From contig JAJDWX010000004.1 of assembly GCA_022825385.1 (NCBI GenBank), positions 255 through 64,254 on the forward strand: a stretch of DNA of 64,000 bases, given 5' to 3'. The DNA comes from Rhodothermales bacterium (GTDB lineage Bacteria; Bacteroidota; Rhodothermia; Rhodothermales; VXPQ01). Positions 20,071 through 32,795 of the stretch are shown piece by piece. The stretch's first letter is position 1, and each line of letters starts with the position of its first letter. The notes under the pieces are model-generated. The model saw only the letters and a list, made by a program, of their open reading frames with translations. It searched no databases and was not told the DNA's origin. Position numbers and translations under genes: made by a program.

Positions 20071-20224
20071 TATGGCGGCGAAAGGAAAGCGAGGTCGATG
20101 GCGGACGAAGAGCGGCTTGGACGCACAGTCCAAAAAAAGCCGCGGGTACGGCGGCAAGGAGAATATAGGGAAAAGCGCGGCGTGGCGGGGCGGCCTCGTT
20201 TTATCGCGGGCTGTCAGGAAAATC
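20071..20224. repeat. right copy of the ~150-bp imperfect direct repeat
   Basis: Aligns by eye with 14509-14657 (see that entry). It contains an extra ggcgg insertion. Confidence 0.8.
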
Positions 20225-20347
20225 AGGCCCTGAATCCACTAAAAAACCGTGCCATCTGCCTCATTTCCGTACATTGCCTGTAACCGTTCGGGGTTGTCGA
20301 GCGTATAATGGTACTGTGCCCCGTTCCCACTAAAGCAGTCCCCTTAC

Positions 20348-20638
20348 ATGGAAATGATTGCGCTCATAACGACAAGCGGTATAGGATTGGCTGGCGTTGT
20401 CGTCGCCATCCTCGCGCTTGTGTCCAGAAAACAGGAAGTCCGCAAGAGCCATCGGCGAGAAGAAGAACTCTTGTTTCGCCAGAACGTCGATTCGAGATTC
20501 TCCGATATGAATAGCAATATGGAGAACCGGTTTTCGGAGATTCGACAAGAAATGAGAGAGGATAAAAAGGAGCTCCGGCAAGCAATGGACAAGGGGTTCG
20601 AATCCGTGCGAGAGGATATTCGCTCCCTCCGCCCGTAG
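20348..20638 (+). CDS. small membrane-anchored coiled-coil protein, hypothetical
   Basis: 96 aa. The N-terminal TM segment (IALITTSGIGLAGVVVAILALV) is followed by charged heptad-like sequence. Confidence 0.45.
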   Translation: MEMIALITTSGIGLAGVVVAILALVSRKQEVRKSHRREEELLFRQNVDSRFSDMNSNMENRFSEIRQEMREDKKELRQAMDKGFESVREDIRSLRP

Positions 20639-20723
20639 GCGGATTATTGCCCAATAACGTCGAATGAGGCAGATATGCCGGTTTTTTAAAGGAAATACTG
20701 AAGCTGTACACCCCGCAAAACCC

Positions 20724-21173
20724 TCATTCCCCCCGCCGCTCCACCCAGAGCGTCACGGGGCCGTCGTTCGCGAGGCGCACCTGCATCATGGCCCCGAACA
20801 CGCCCGTCTGAACCGGGGCGGCCAGCTGCGCGGACAGCCGCTCGACGAACGCATCGTACAGGGCTTCGGCCTGTTCGGGAGGCGCGGCGTCCACGAAAGA
20901 AGGCCGGTTGCCCCGCCGCGCGTCCCCGTACAAGGTAAATTGCGACACCACAAGCGCTTCGCCCCCCGCCTCGCCGAGCGACCGGTTCATTTTGCCTTCC
21001 TCGTCGGCAAAGATGCGCAGGCGGGCGCACTTTCGGACCAGCCAGTCCAGTTCCGCCTCGGTATCCGCACGGTGCGCGCCGAAAAGAATGAGCATGCCGG
21101 GCCCTATGCGCCCGACCTCCTCCCCCTCGACTTCGACCGAGGCTTCCGTTACCCGTTGAATCAATGCAACCAT
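20724..21173 (-). CDS. dtd: D-aminoacyl-tRNA deacylase
   Basis: [18 protein letters not shown]...GPGMLILFG...[19 protein letters not shown]...[18 protein letters not shown]. Confidence 0.9.
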   Translation of the reverse strand: MVALIQRVTEASVEVEGEEVGRIGPGMLILFGAHRADTEAELDWLVRKCARLRIFADEEGKMNRSLGEAGGEALVVSQFTLYGDARRGNRPSFVDAAPPEQAEALYDAFVERLSAQLAAPVQTGVFGAMMQVRLANDGPVTLWVERRGE

Positions 21174-21177
21174 GTCG

Positions 21178-21765
21178 TTACGCCAGCAAATCCCGAAGAT
21201 ACCCGACCAACTGCCGGAGCGCCGCGCCGCGGTGGCTTATCGCGTTCTTTTCGCGGGCGCTCAATTCCGCAAAGGCCCGGCCTGCGCCGTCCGGCGCGAA
21301 AATACGATCATAGCCGAACCCCTTGTTCCCCCGCTCTTCGCAGAGGATCGCGCCCTCGCACGTCCCCTCGAAAAAGCGGACGCCCGTATCGTCCGCAAAG
21401 GCGACGACCGTGCGAAACCGGGCGGAACGGTCCCGAACGCCCTGCATGTCGGCAAGCAGTTTCCGGCGGTTCGCCGCGTCGTCCGCAGCGGGGCCCGCGA
21501 ACCGGGCCGAACGCACCCCGGGCAAGCCGCCCAGCGCAGGCACTTCCAGCCCCGTATCGTCCGCAAGCGCAGGCAATCCAGCGAAGGCATGCAGCGTTTC
21601 CGCCTTCTTGCGCGCATTCCCTTCGAGCGTGTCCGCGTCCTCCTCGACGAGCGGCGCCCCGGCCATTTCCGACGCCGGACGGAGCGCGATCGGCAGGTCC
21701 GACAGGAAGAGGCGCATCTCCGCAACCTTGCCCGGATTCCTGGTGGAAAGAAGAAGCGTCATCAT
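21178..21765 (-). CDS. rdgB: non-canonical purine NTP pyrophosphatase (RdgB/HAM1)
   Basis: [14 protein letters not shown]...[15 protein letters not shown]...[21 protein letters not shown]...GFGYDRIF...[14 protein letters not shown]. The start was trimmed to MM at 21765. Confidence 0.9.
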   Translation of the reverse strand: MMTLLLSTRNPGKVAEMRLFLSDLPIALRPASEMAGAPLVEEDADTLEGNARKKAETLHAFAGLPALADDTGLEVPALGGLPGVRSARFAGPAADDAANRRKLLADMQGVRDRSARFRTVVAFADDTGVRFFEGTCEGAILCEERGNKGFGYDRIFAPDGAGRAFAELSAREKNAISHRGAALRQLVGYLRDLLA

Positions 21766-21878
21766 GCAGGAACAATCCATTCGCAACGTTCGTAAGAATA
21801 GACTACCGTAAAAAACGGTTCATCCGCCCGGCGCGTTCGCCCGCCCCCGACGATCCCGCCGGCCATCATCCGATACGC

Positions 21879-21884
21879 AAGGAG
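21879..21884 (+). promoter_or_regulatory. Shine-Dalgarno-like AAGGAG upstream of rpsU
   Basis: aaggag lies 7 nt upstream of the TTG start at 21892. Confidence 0.5.
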
Positions 21885-21891
21885 AATCATT

Positions 21892-22086
21892 TTGTCCGTA
21901 GGAGTCAAGGTTAGAGACAGCGAATCCATTGATCGCACCCTGCGCCGTTTCAAGCGGGCCGTGAATCGCAGCCGCGTGCTGCGCATCTATCGCGCGAATA
22001 TGGCTTTCACGAAGCCTTCCGAAGAGCGGCGGCTCGCCCGCGAGAAATCGCATCGCATGTCCAGAAAACATTCCAGAAGGCACTAA
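21892..22086 (+). CDS. rpsU: 30S ribosomal protein S21
   Basis: VKVRDSESIDRTLRRFKRAVNRSRVLRIYRANMAFTKPSEERRLAREKSHRMSRK. TTG start. Confidence 0.9.
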   Translation: MSVGVKVRDSESIDRTLRRFKRAVNRSRVLRIYRANMAFTKPSEERRLAREKSHRMSRKHSRRH

Positions 22087-22107
22087 ACCCGTCCGGCGCG
22101 CGGGTTT
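22085..22107. terminator. hairpin between convergent rpsU and the 2-oxoglutarate dehydrogenase gene (possible bidirectional terminator)
   Basis: aaacccg-tccggcgcg-cgggttt forms a 7-bp stem flanked by A-run/T-run arms. It sits in the 28-nt gap between two convergent stops. Confidence 0.4.
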
Positions 22108-22114
22108 CAGACAT

Positions 22115-25810
<3,696 letters not shown>

Positions 25811-25910
25811 AATGTTGGGTCGTTGACCAAGATTTGGCGAGAAGCTGGCCTTCCGTACCGTCAACGATACCGCCTGGAATCGGTTCTCTGTGCGGCGACG
25901 GAAGGGTTTC

Positions 25911-26939
25911 CTATGTCCTTGACGCTTGTCCTTTGCGGTCGCCGCGCCGCTTGCCAGGCGGCAACCACCCCTGCGCGCGATACCACCCGATCGTATCCGC
26001 AACCCCCTCCTGCAACGACAGGGCGGGACGGTAGTCGAGCAGCCGCCGGGCCTTGTCTATGGAGCACATCTTGCAGGCATACCGAATTTCCCGCGCCTTT
26101 TCCCGATGAAAAGGCGGAAGCGCCCCCCACAACCGGAAAACCCCTTCCGTCACGGCGCCCGACAGGCTCACAAGCGGCGGCGGCACGGATACGGTCAGGG
26201 CGTTTCGGCCCAGCGCGGCCGCCGCGGCTTCCTTGAGATCGCGCCACGAATAGTGCGCCCCGCCGCCGAGAAAAAACGTTTCGCCCGCCGCGCCCGGCGC
26301 CTCTGCCGCAGCGATCATCCCGCGCACCAGATCGCGGGCGTGGACCAGGCTCATCGCGGGGGCGCGGGCATCGCCGACGACCGGGCAAAAACCCATGTTC
26401 GCCATCCGGAAAAATGCGTACAGGTCCGCTTCCCTCGGCCCGTACACCGTGGAGGGCCGCACGATGGCGAGCGGGAGGCGGTCCCGCCACGCAGCGAGGG
26501 CTTCCTCCATGCGCGCCTTGCTCGCGCCATACCGACTGAGCGGCCGCATGGCGCTTTCTTCCGTGGCTACGGGATCTTCGCAACGCCCGATGACCGCAAG
26601 CGAACTGGTGACCACCACGCGGCGGACGCCCGGATTCACGCGGGCAAGGACTTCCAGCAAGCGCAGCGTCGCCTCGACGTTTCCCTCTTCGAGCGCCGCA
26701 TCCTCCCGGGCGCGCGTAACGCCCCCGTTATGATACACATAGTCCACGTCGCGCACGGCGTCGGCGATAAGCGCTTCGTCGAACAAATCGCCGCGCGCCT
26801 CGCGGATCGGGAGGCCCTCCAGCCATTTGCGGCGGGTGCGCACCAGACACCGCACCTCGCCAAGCCCCCGATGGAGCAGCGCCTCGACGAGATGGCTTCC
26901 TATAAACCCTGTGCCGCCGGTAACGAATGCTTTTTCCAT
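25911..26939 (-). CDS. NAD-dependent epimerase/dehydratase (extended SDR)
   Basis: MEKAFVTGGTGFIGSHLVEALL (GxxGxxG) and the YGASK catalytic Tyr-x3-Lys. Confidence 0.85.
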   Translation of the reverse strand: MEKAFVTGGTGFIGSHLVEALLHRGLGEVRCLVRTRRKWLEGLPIREARGDLFDEALIADAVRDVDYVYHNGGVTRAREDAALEEGNVEATLRLLEVLARVNPGVRRVVVTSSLAVIGRCEDPVATEESAMRPLSRYGASKARMEEALAAWRDRLPLAIVRPSTVYGPREADLYAFFRMANMGFCPVVGDARAPAMSLVHARDLVRGMIAAAEAPGAAGETFFLGGGAHYSWRDLKEAAAAALGRNALTVSVPPPLVSLSGAVTEGVFRLWGALPPFHREKAREIRYACKMCSIDKARRLLDYRPALSLQEGVADTIGWYRAQGWLPPGKRRGDRKGQASRT

Positions 26940-26962
26940 ACGACAGAATACGCAATTCGTAA

Positions 26963-27220
26963 GGATACTCTGATTAAAGCCGCGAAGCTCAGAGGCGGCG
27001 AGGGGTGCGCTGGCAAGGAATGACGAAGCAAGTAGTGTGGCGGCCCCGCATAATGAGGAATGACACAGCCAGCGTGCCCCTCGCAGCCTCCCGAAGGGCG
27101 CGTCACGCCCCCAACGACACGAATCTACGGTTTTTTTCTGCTGATTTCAACGATACAAGCATGACGACTGGTACAGGCAAACGTGACGCGCTGAGCGAAG
27201 TGGCTTTGATCAGAGTATCC
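26963..27220. repeat. 258-bp element with 19-bp terminal inverted repeats and GTAA flanks (MITE-like or structured RNA)
   Basis: ggatactctgattaaagcc (26963-26981) pairs with ggctttgatcagagtatcc (27202-27220), complementary at 18 of 19 positions. gtaa lies directly outside both ends (26959-62 and 27221-24). Nested internal inverted repeats are gctcag/ctgagc and gaggggtgcgctggc/gccagcgtgcccctc. It occupies the rlmD-SDR intergenic region. Confidence 0.45.
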
Positions 27221-27242
27221 GTAAAGATAAAGGATACGCAGG

Positions 27243-28646
27243 TTACGTTTTTCTGCGCAGTTTGACCACGTTCTCAACGTGGGGCGTGTGCGGAAACAGG
27301 TCCACGGGCTGCGCCGCCTCGATGCGATACGCATCCCGCAACAAGCCAAGGTCGCGCGCCTGCGTCCTCGGATTGCAACTTGCGTACACGAACCGTTCGG
27401 GACCCGACGCAGCGATCTGCTCGACTACTTTCGGGTGCAGGCCGGCCCGCGGCGGATCGACGAGGAGCACGTCCGCCGCGCCGTACCGCGCCGCGAAATC
27501 GGGACCGAACACCGTCGCCGTATCTCCCTGCACGAAGGTGCAATTGTCCACGCCGCTCGCCCGGGCGTTTGCGCGCGCGTTCCGAACCGCCTCCTCTATA
27601 CGTTCGACGCCCGTCACGCAGCGTACGGCGTCCGCCACAAAGATGGATATGGTGCCCGCGCCGCAGTACAAATCGTAGACCCTGTCCTCCGCTTGCAGCT
27701 CGGCGAAATCGCGCACCGTCTCGTACAGCCGCTCCGCCTGGGCCGTATTGGTCTGAAAAAAAGAATGGGCCGCAATCTCGAACGTATGCGGTCCGATCCG
27801 GTCGCGAATGACGCCGGGGCCGAACACGGTTTCGATCCGTTCGCCGAACGCCGTTTGCGCCTTCCCCGTATGGATCGTATTGACGAACGTGGTTACGTCG
27901 GGAAAATCCTGTCGCAGGAAGGCGGCCATCTCGCCCATGCGCTCCGCATCGAATCCGTTCGTCACCAGATTGACCATGACGTCCCCCGTGCGCTCGCCGG
28001 TCCGGATGGCCAGATGCCGCAAAAAGCCGGTGTGCTTGCGTATGTTCCACGGCGCCCAACCCTTTTCCCGAACAAACTCCCGAATCCGGTTCACCATTTC
28101 GGCGCTCGCCGTCGATTGGAGATGGCATTCGTGGACGTCGAGCACCTTGTCGAAATGCCCCGGAACGTGCAGGCCCAGCGCAAAACGGGTGTCGAAGCGC
28201 CCGCCCGAATCGATTTCCGCCCGCGTCAGCCAGCGATTCGCGCTGAACGAAAATTCCATCTTGTTGCGGTAGAAATAGCGCTTCTCCGACCCGATGGCCG
28301 GACGCACCGAAACCTCCGGGAACCCGCCGACGCGCGCAAGGGCGTCCCGTACGCTTTCCGTCTTGGCGTCGAGCTGGGCCTGGTATTCCACATGCTGCCA
28401 CCGACATCCGCCGCACGTCCCGAAATAGGCGCATGCCGGCGGTACGCGCAGCGCGCTCGGCGACAGCACCTCTTCTATTTCCGCCTCGGCGTAGCCCTTT
28501 TTCTTCTTGTACACGCGGGCGCGAACGCGATCCCCCGGCACCGCCCAGGGCACGAAAACCACGAACCCGTCCACGCGGGCAAGGGACCGTCCGCCGTCGG
28601 CGAATTTTTCAATGGATATTTCGATATGCTCGCCGCGCGCTACCAT
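27243..28646 (-). CDS. rlmD: 23S rRNA (uracil-5)-methyltransferase RlmD/RumA family
   Basis: TRAM domain (IEISIEKFADGGRSLARVDGFVVFVPWAVPGDRVRARV), Fe-S Cys cluster (CAYFGTCGGCRWQH), and SAM-methyltransferase motifs (DLYCGAGT, DPPRAG, SCNP). Confidence 0.85.
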   Translation of the reverse strand: MVARGEHIEISIEKFADGGRSLARVDGFVVFVPWAVPGDRVRARVYKKKKGYAEAEIEEVLSPSALRVPPACAYFGTCGGCRWQHVEYQAQLDAKTESVRDALARVGGFPEVSVRPAIGSEKRYFYRNKMEFSFSANRWLTRAEIDSGGRFDTRFALGLHVPGHFDKVLDVHECHLQSTASAEMVNRIREFVREKGWAPWNIRKHTGFLRHLAIRTGERTGDVMVNLVTNGFDAERMGEMAAFLRQDFPDVTTFVNTIHTGKAQTAFGERIETVFGPGVIRDRIGPHTFEIAAHSFFQTNTAQAERLYETVRDFAELQAEDRVYDLYCGAGTISIFVADAVRCVTGVERIEEAVRNARANARASGVDNCTFVQGDTATVFGPDFAARYGAADVLLVDPPRAGLHPKVVEQIAASGPERFVYASCNPRTQARDLGLLRDAYRIEAAQPVDLFPHTPHVENVVKLRRKT

Positions 28647-28708
28647 GCGGTCGCCTCCCTGTCGATAAGCAATGTGCTGTCAAAAGCCAATGTCCTGAAA
28701 AACATGTC

Positions 28709-31204
28709 CTAAAAAGCATGTCCCAAACTCAAACGATGCCATTTCCAGGCGCGAAAATCGTCTGGAAACACGCCCAGGTCGGGACGACGCGGATCGTACA
28801 CCTTCATGGCTATATCGGACCGAATAATCAGATAACGAAAATCCAGCCGGAGTCCGAACCCGGACCCGACGCCCAACTGGCGATAAAACGAATCGACGCG
28901 AAATCGGCCGTCCCGCTTCGCAGGCGCGTCCCCGCCGAACCCGGGATTGCGCGGACCAAACCACACATTGCCCGCGTCCGCAAAGACGACGCCGATCCAG
29001 TCCATGCCAAAGAGGCGGAAAAGGCGCTGGCGCAATTCCACGGAGGCTTCCAGTTTGATGTCCCCGCCCAGAATATTCGCGCCTTCCCCGGCGTCCTGCA
29101 CAGACTGAAACTGCGCGCCGCCGGGACCCAGTTCATGCCAGTCCCAGCCCCGTACGCTGGATATGCCGCCTATGTAGAAGCGCTGTCCGAACGGTACCAG
29201 CCCCGCGTCGCCGAGGGGATGCGCAATGCCCCCGATAAACTTCAGCCCCAGCGTGGACGAAGCGTCGATTGCATGGTACAACCGCAAATCGCTCGCAAAA
29301 CGCACGTATCGGCGGTACAAAAGCCTGTCGGACGACCGCCCGGAAAACAGGCCCGGAAGATACCCGCTCACGTCGCCCGGAGAATACGCGAAACGGTCCA
29401 GCAAATACGGAAGATGATTGCCCAGCGCGATCGAACCCTCGATGCTATGCCCCCGATCGCGGCGCAGCGGATTCACATTGGTCGAACGCAACGTATACCG
29501 AAGGGCCGTATTGACTTGCGGCACCGTGTAATCCTCAAGAATCTGCGCCTGCTGCACCGGGTCCGAAACCGGATCGAGCAGGTTGTTCAGTACGTCGTTT
29601 CGGAAATTCCGCAACGTATCGGGATTGCTCAGGCTCACGTCCAGCACGTCCAGGAAAGACGTGAGCGTGGCGTTATGATCCAGTTCGATGCGGTAACGGG
29701 CATTGCCGCGCGCCCGGATAATGAGGCCGAAATCGTCGCGGCGCGCCCTGAGCAGGCTCAGCGACAGGCGAGTGCGGACGTCGTACAGCGGAAGCGCCCC
29801 GTCCAGTCCGCGAAACGGACGCATGAGATACGGCAGCGTAAGGGAGGTCGCAACCTCCGCCTGCGAGGCGGTCAAACGGCTGAAATCGTCGAAATCCGTC
29901 GATATGGAGCCGGACGTTCGGACCAGGAATGTCTCGCCGCGGCCCAGGAGGTTGGCGTTCTCGTAGGTGACGGCGACGCCCGCGCCCAATTCCTTGTCCG
30001 AATTGTTGAAGGGGTCCACGCGCTGCAGGACGGACGGCTCGAAACGAATCTGATGCCGGTCGCGCGTACGCAGCGCGATGCGATGGAACAGGATTGGCGC
30101 GGCGGGCGCAAGGCCCGGGGCGGACGCTTCCGGGACAATGTCGGTAAACAGAAACACGCCCGTGCCTTCGAGCCGGCGCCGCGTAGCCAGCACCTTCGAT
30201 TGCGAGTACCAATCCCCCGGAGCAAACTGAAGCGTACGGACCAGCAAGCCGGACGACAGTTTCTTTTCGTTCCGAAACCGGAAAGACGCGGTCCCGCTGG
30301 CGACGGAGTCCGAAGACGCTTCCAGCGGACGGGTTTCGGAGCGCTCCGCCACCTGGGGCTCGGGCCCCGTTACGTCGAACGCGACGTCTCCAAAGCGATA
30401 ACGCGACCCGGTTCCGATTTCGAAACGCACGTCCAGGCTGTCCGACGTCGCCGAAAAAATCACGGCGCGGATAGAATCCCGGGTAGCGGAAGCGTAGCCC
30501 TCGTCTCGCAGAAAGGTCAGGATGCGCCTTGCTTCGCTATGCAGCGTCGTTTCGGAATACCGTTGCCTGCGCGCCTGCAGACGCAGGGGGCGGTCCGGAT
30601 CGACGGGCGCGACGCGCAGGACGGCGGCCCGCGCCAGCCGCGCATGCTGATCGGGCGCCAGGTGGTCGATCCCGGCGTACTCCACATTCCGTATGTACGT
30701 GGGCGCGCCGGGCGCGACGAGAAAAACGACCGCGACTTTCTTCGCCGAGAGCGTATCGATCCGGGCAACCACCTCGGCTTCGAAGAACCCTTCCTGTCGG
30801 TACAAAAGACGCAGGCGGTCCAGGTCCGCCTGGAGCACGTCCATGTCGAGCACGGCAAGCGGCTCGCCGCCCGCGATCAGCGAATTGCTCAGCCGTTCTC
30901 CAAGGGCGCCGGACTGTCCGAGGCGATGAAACCACAGCCAAACGGTCATCCCCGGAATTTTGGCCAGCCGGCGGTTCGGCTTCGTGCGGACCCGGCGGGC
31001 CAGGACGGACTTGCCGAACGCATCGTCGCCCTCGAAGGCAACGCGGCGCACGACGAGCGTATCCATATCCGCCTCTTCGGGGGATATTCCCGGAGAAGCG
31101 GCTGTTCCCGCATCCTGGGCAACCGCCGCGGCGACCAGCGCGAACGCGAAGGCCAACCAGGCGATCCGGGGAAGAAAAACGCGATACGAGCGTCCGCCAC
31201 GCAA
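28709..31204 (-). CDS. Omp85/BamA-TamA family outer-membrane protein (POTRA + beta-barrel)
   Basis: The signal peptide is followed by POTRA-like repeats (VRRVAFEGDDAF, IRNVEYAGIDHL) and a C-terminal barrel (RFYIGGISSVRGW...GDIKLEASVELR...FADAGNVW). The track ORF starts at 31291 but overlaps the upstream gene. A TTG at 31204, 5 nt after that gene's stop, gives a clean signal peptide. The start is uncertain. Confidence 0.75.
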   Translation of the reverse strand: MRGGRSYRVFLPRIAWLAFAFALVAAAVAQDAGTAASPGISPEEADMDTLVVRRVAFEGDDAFGKSVLARRVRTKPNRRLAKIPGMTVWLWFHRLGQSGALGERLSNSLIAGGEPLAVLDMDVLQADLDRLRLLYRQEGFFEAEVVARIDTLSAKKVAVVFLVAPGAPTYIRNVEYAGIDHLAPDQHARLARAAVLRVAPVDPDRPLRLQARRQRYSETTLHSEARRILTFLRDEGYASATRDSIRAVIFSATSDSLDVRFEIGTGSRYRFGDVAFDVTGPEPQVAERSETRPLEASSDSVASGTASFRFRNEKKLSSGLLVRTLQFAPGDWYSQSKVLATRRRLEGTGVFLFTDIVPEASAPGLAPAAPILFHRIALRTRDRHQIRFEPSVLQRVDPFNNSDKELGAGVAVTYENANLLGRGETFLVRTSGSISTDFDDFSRLTASQAEVATSLTLPYLMRPFRGLDGALPLYDVRTRLSLSLLRARRDDFGLIIRARGNARYRIELDHNATLTSFLDVLDVSLSNPDTLRNFRNDVLNNLLDPVSDPVQQAQILEDYTVPQVNTALRYTLRSTNVNPLRRDRGHSIEGSIALGNHLPYLLDRFAYSPGDVSGYLPGLFSGRSSDRLLYRRYVRFASDLRLYHAIDASSTLGLKFIGGIAHPLGDAGLVPFGQRFYIGGISSVRGWDWHELGPGGAQFQSVQDAGEGANILGGDIKLEASVELRQRLFRLFGMDWIGVVFADAGNVWFGPRNPGFGGDAPAKRDGRFRVDSFYRQLGVGSGFGLRLDFRYLIIRSDIAMKVYDPRRPDLGVFPDDFRAWKWHRLSLGHAF

Positions 31205-31208
31205 CGGG

Positions 31209-31427
31209 TTACTCTTCCTCGAAATAAAAATCGTCGTCCGCCGTCGGATAATCCGGCCAAACTTCTTCAATGCTTTCGTACGGCTCGCCATCGTCCTCCA
31301 TCTCTTCGAGATTTTCTATAACCTCTCGCGGAGCGCCCGTACGCTCTGCATAATCGATGAGTTCGCCTTTCGTTGCAGGCCAGGGTGCATCTTCAAGGTA
31401 CGACGCCAGTTCAAGACTCCAATACAT
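31209..31427 (-). CDS. DUF2795-like small acidic protein
   Basis: 72 aa: LASYLEDAPWPATKGELIDYAERTGAPREVIENLEEM...YESIEEV. Confidence 0.7.
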   Translation of the reverse strand: MYWSLELASYLEDAPWPATKGELIDYAERTGAPREVIENLEEMEDDGEPYESIEEVWPDYPTADDDFYFEEE

Positions 31428-31627
31428 CGGGTGCGCATTTGTTGAGGGGGGCGGTGCAACCGGCGCACACGCAGCCGGTCTTGCGTATTTGAGGAGGCAC
31501 TATAATTTCCCCAAAGGATAAAAGCAAGCAATAAATGCCATTGCCCCGAAGATATGCGTGAAATTATGGCGAGGATGCCGCTCGCCAGCCCCAAAAAAGC
31601 CCTGCGCGCCCCTGCGACGACGCCCGA

Positions 31628-32593
31628 TCAATAATCGAACGCCCGCGTCATCCGTTCCGAATCCGCCTTTAATTTTTCGTACTCCGCAGGCGTCATGGAG
31701 GGGGACATATATAAAATCGGGTTTGTGGCGCTACCGCCCGCCGCCCGAACCTCGAAATGCACGTGCGGCCCCACCGAACGGCCCGTGTTTCCACTGAGGC
31801 CAATGCGCTCGCCCCGCTTGACGCTGCGTCCGGGACGCACCGAATCGTCTATTTTGGAAAGATGCGCGTACAGCGTCTCGGTTTCCGACGCCGGATGCGA
31901 AATAACCACATAGTTGCCGTAACTGGCGTTGAACCCCCGCTTGAATATCCGGCCGGCGGCGGAGGCGACGACCGGCGTGCCCTCCCGTACGGAAATATCC
32001 ACCCCGTAATGCATTTTCGGCACGCCGAGAATCGGATCCTGCCGTATGCCGAAGCCGGACACAAGGGGGCCCGAAGCCGGAAGAATCGCCGGCGTCTGCT
32101 CGTGCCGATCCACTTGCTCGTCCGCAAGCGTCAGCAAATCCCGCAAACTTGCGCTCTGGAACTGGATGCGGCTTTCCAGTTGGTCCAGCTGTTCCGAGGT
32201 TTCCCTTAACAGCATGTCCGTAGGCGGCCCCAGCCGATCAAACTCCTCGTACGGATCGGAACCACCGACGCCCAGACGGCGAACGTCCTCGGAGACGGGC
32301 TCCACGCCGAACACCGTACGGTACAACTGCTGATCCGATTCCTCAAGCGCATCCAGCTGATCCGAGTACGCATTCAGCCGGTCGCCAAAGCCCGCAATCT
32401 CTTCCTGCAAGATTGCTTTCTCGGTTTTCAGGGCTACTTCCTCGGGCGTTTCGCCCATCCGGTCCACGACCCACGACAGCGCAAAAGCCAACACGAGGCC
32501 CAACCCCAGCACAGACAATACAAACCGCCCAACCCATTTTTCCTCCACGTACGTGCAGGACTTCTGGTCGTAGTTGTAACGTTTCTTAAGCAT
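31628..32593 (-). CDS. M23 family metallopeptidase (membrane-anchored, coiled-coil N-terminus)
   Basis: HYGVDISVREGTPVVASAAGRI...YGNYVVISH...LYAHLSKI...GERIGLSGNTGRSVGPHVHFEV. Confidence 0.85.
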   Translation of the reverse strand: MLKKRYNYDQKSCTYVEEKWVGRFVLSVLGLGLVLAFALSWVVDRMGETPEEVALKTEKAILQEEIAGFGDRLNAYSDQLDALEESDQQLYRTVFGVEPVSEDVRRLGVGGSDPYEEFDRLGPPTDMLLRETSEQLDQLESRIQFQSASLRDLLTLADEQVDRHEQTPAILPASGPLVSGFGIRQDPILGVPKMHYGVDISVREGTPVVASAAGRIFKRGFNASYGNYVVISHPASETETLYAHLSKIDDSVRPGRSVKRGERIGLSGNTGRSVGPHVHFEVRAAGGSATNPILYMSPSMTPAEYEKLKADSERMTRAFDY

Positions 32594-32795
32594 GCGGATG
32601 CGCGGTTGCGTGAAGGTGCTTCAGGGGGATAGCGCCTGATCCGGCGGGCGCGACGGGCATGCCGCAACGCCTTCGCCCTCCTTGCCAGAGGCTGAAAATT
32701 TTGGCCATTAAAGAGTAATATAACAATATTCCGGCACTTTGTCAAGGGGGGCGCGCTTCCGTTCGCCCGAAAGGGCTGCGACGGGCGGCGCGACG

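Noticed and set aside
20590-20605. GGGGTTCGAATCC, a tRNA T-loop-like string
   Set aside because: The flanking bases cannot form a T-stem, and no acceptor or anticodon arms could be drawn. It lies inside a plausible small CDS (DKGFESV). It is not a tRNA.
20629-20642. Short hairpin ccgcc-cgta-ggcgg at the stop of the 20348..20638 ORF, considered as a terminator
   Set aside because: It has only a 5-bp stem and no convincing U-tract. It is too weak to call.
26963-27220. Identity of the structured intergenic element as RNase P RNA, tmRNA, SRP RNA, 6S RNA or a TPP/cobalamin riboswitch
   Set aside because: I could not find the conserved strings of these RNAs by eye. These include the RNase P P4 GAGGAAAGUCC / ACAGAA..CGGCUUA, the tmRNA tRNA-like ends, the SRP GGAA/AGCA motifs, and the TPP CUGAGA...ACCUGAUC...GGGA. 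The length also fits poorly. It is left as an unclassified TIR element or RNA candidate.
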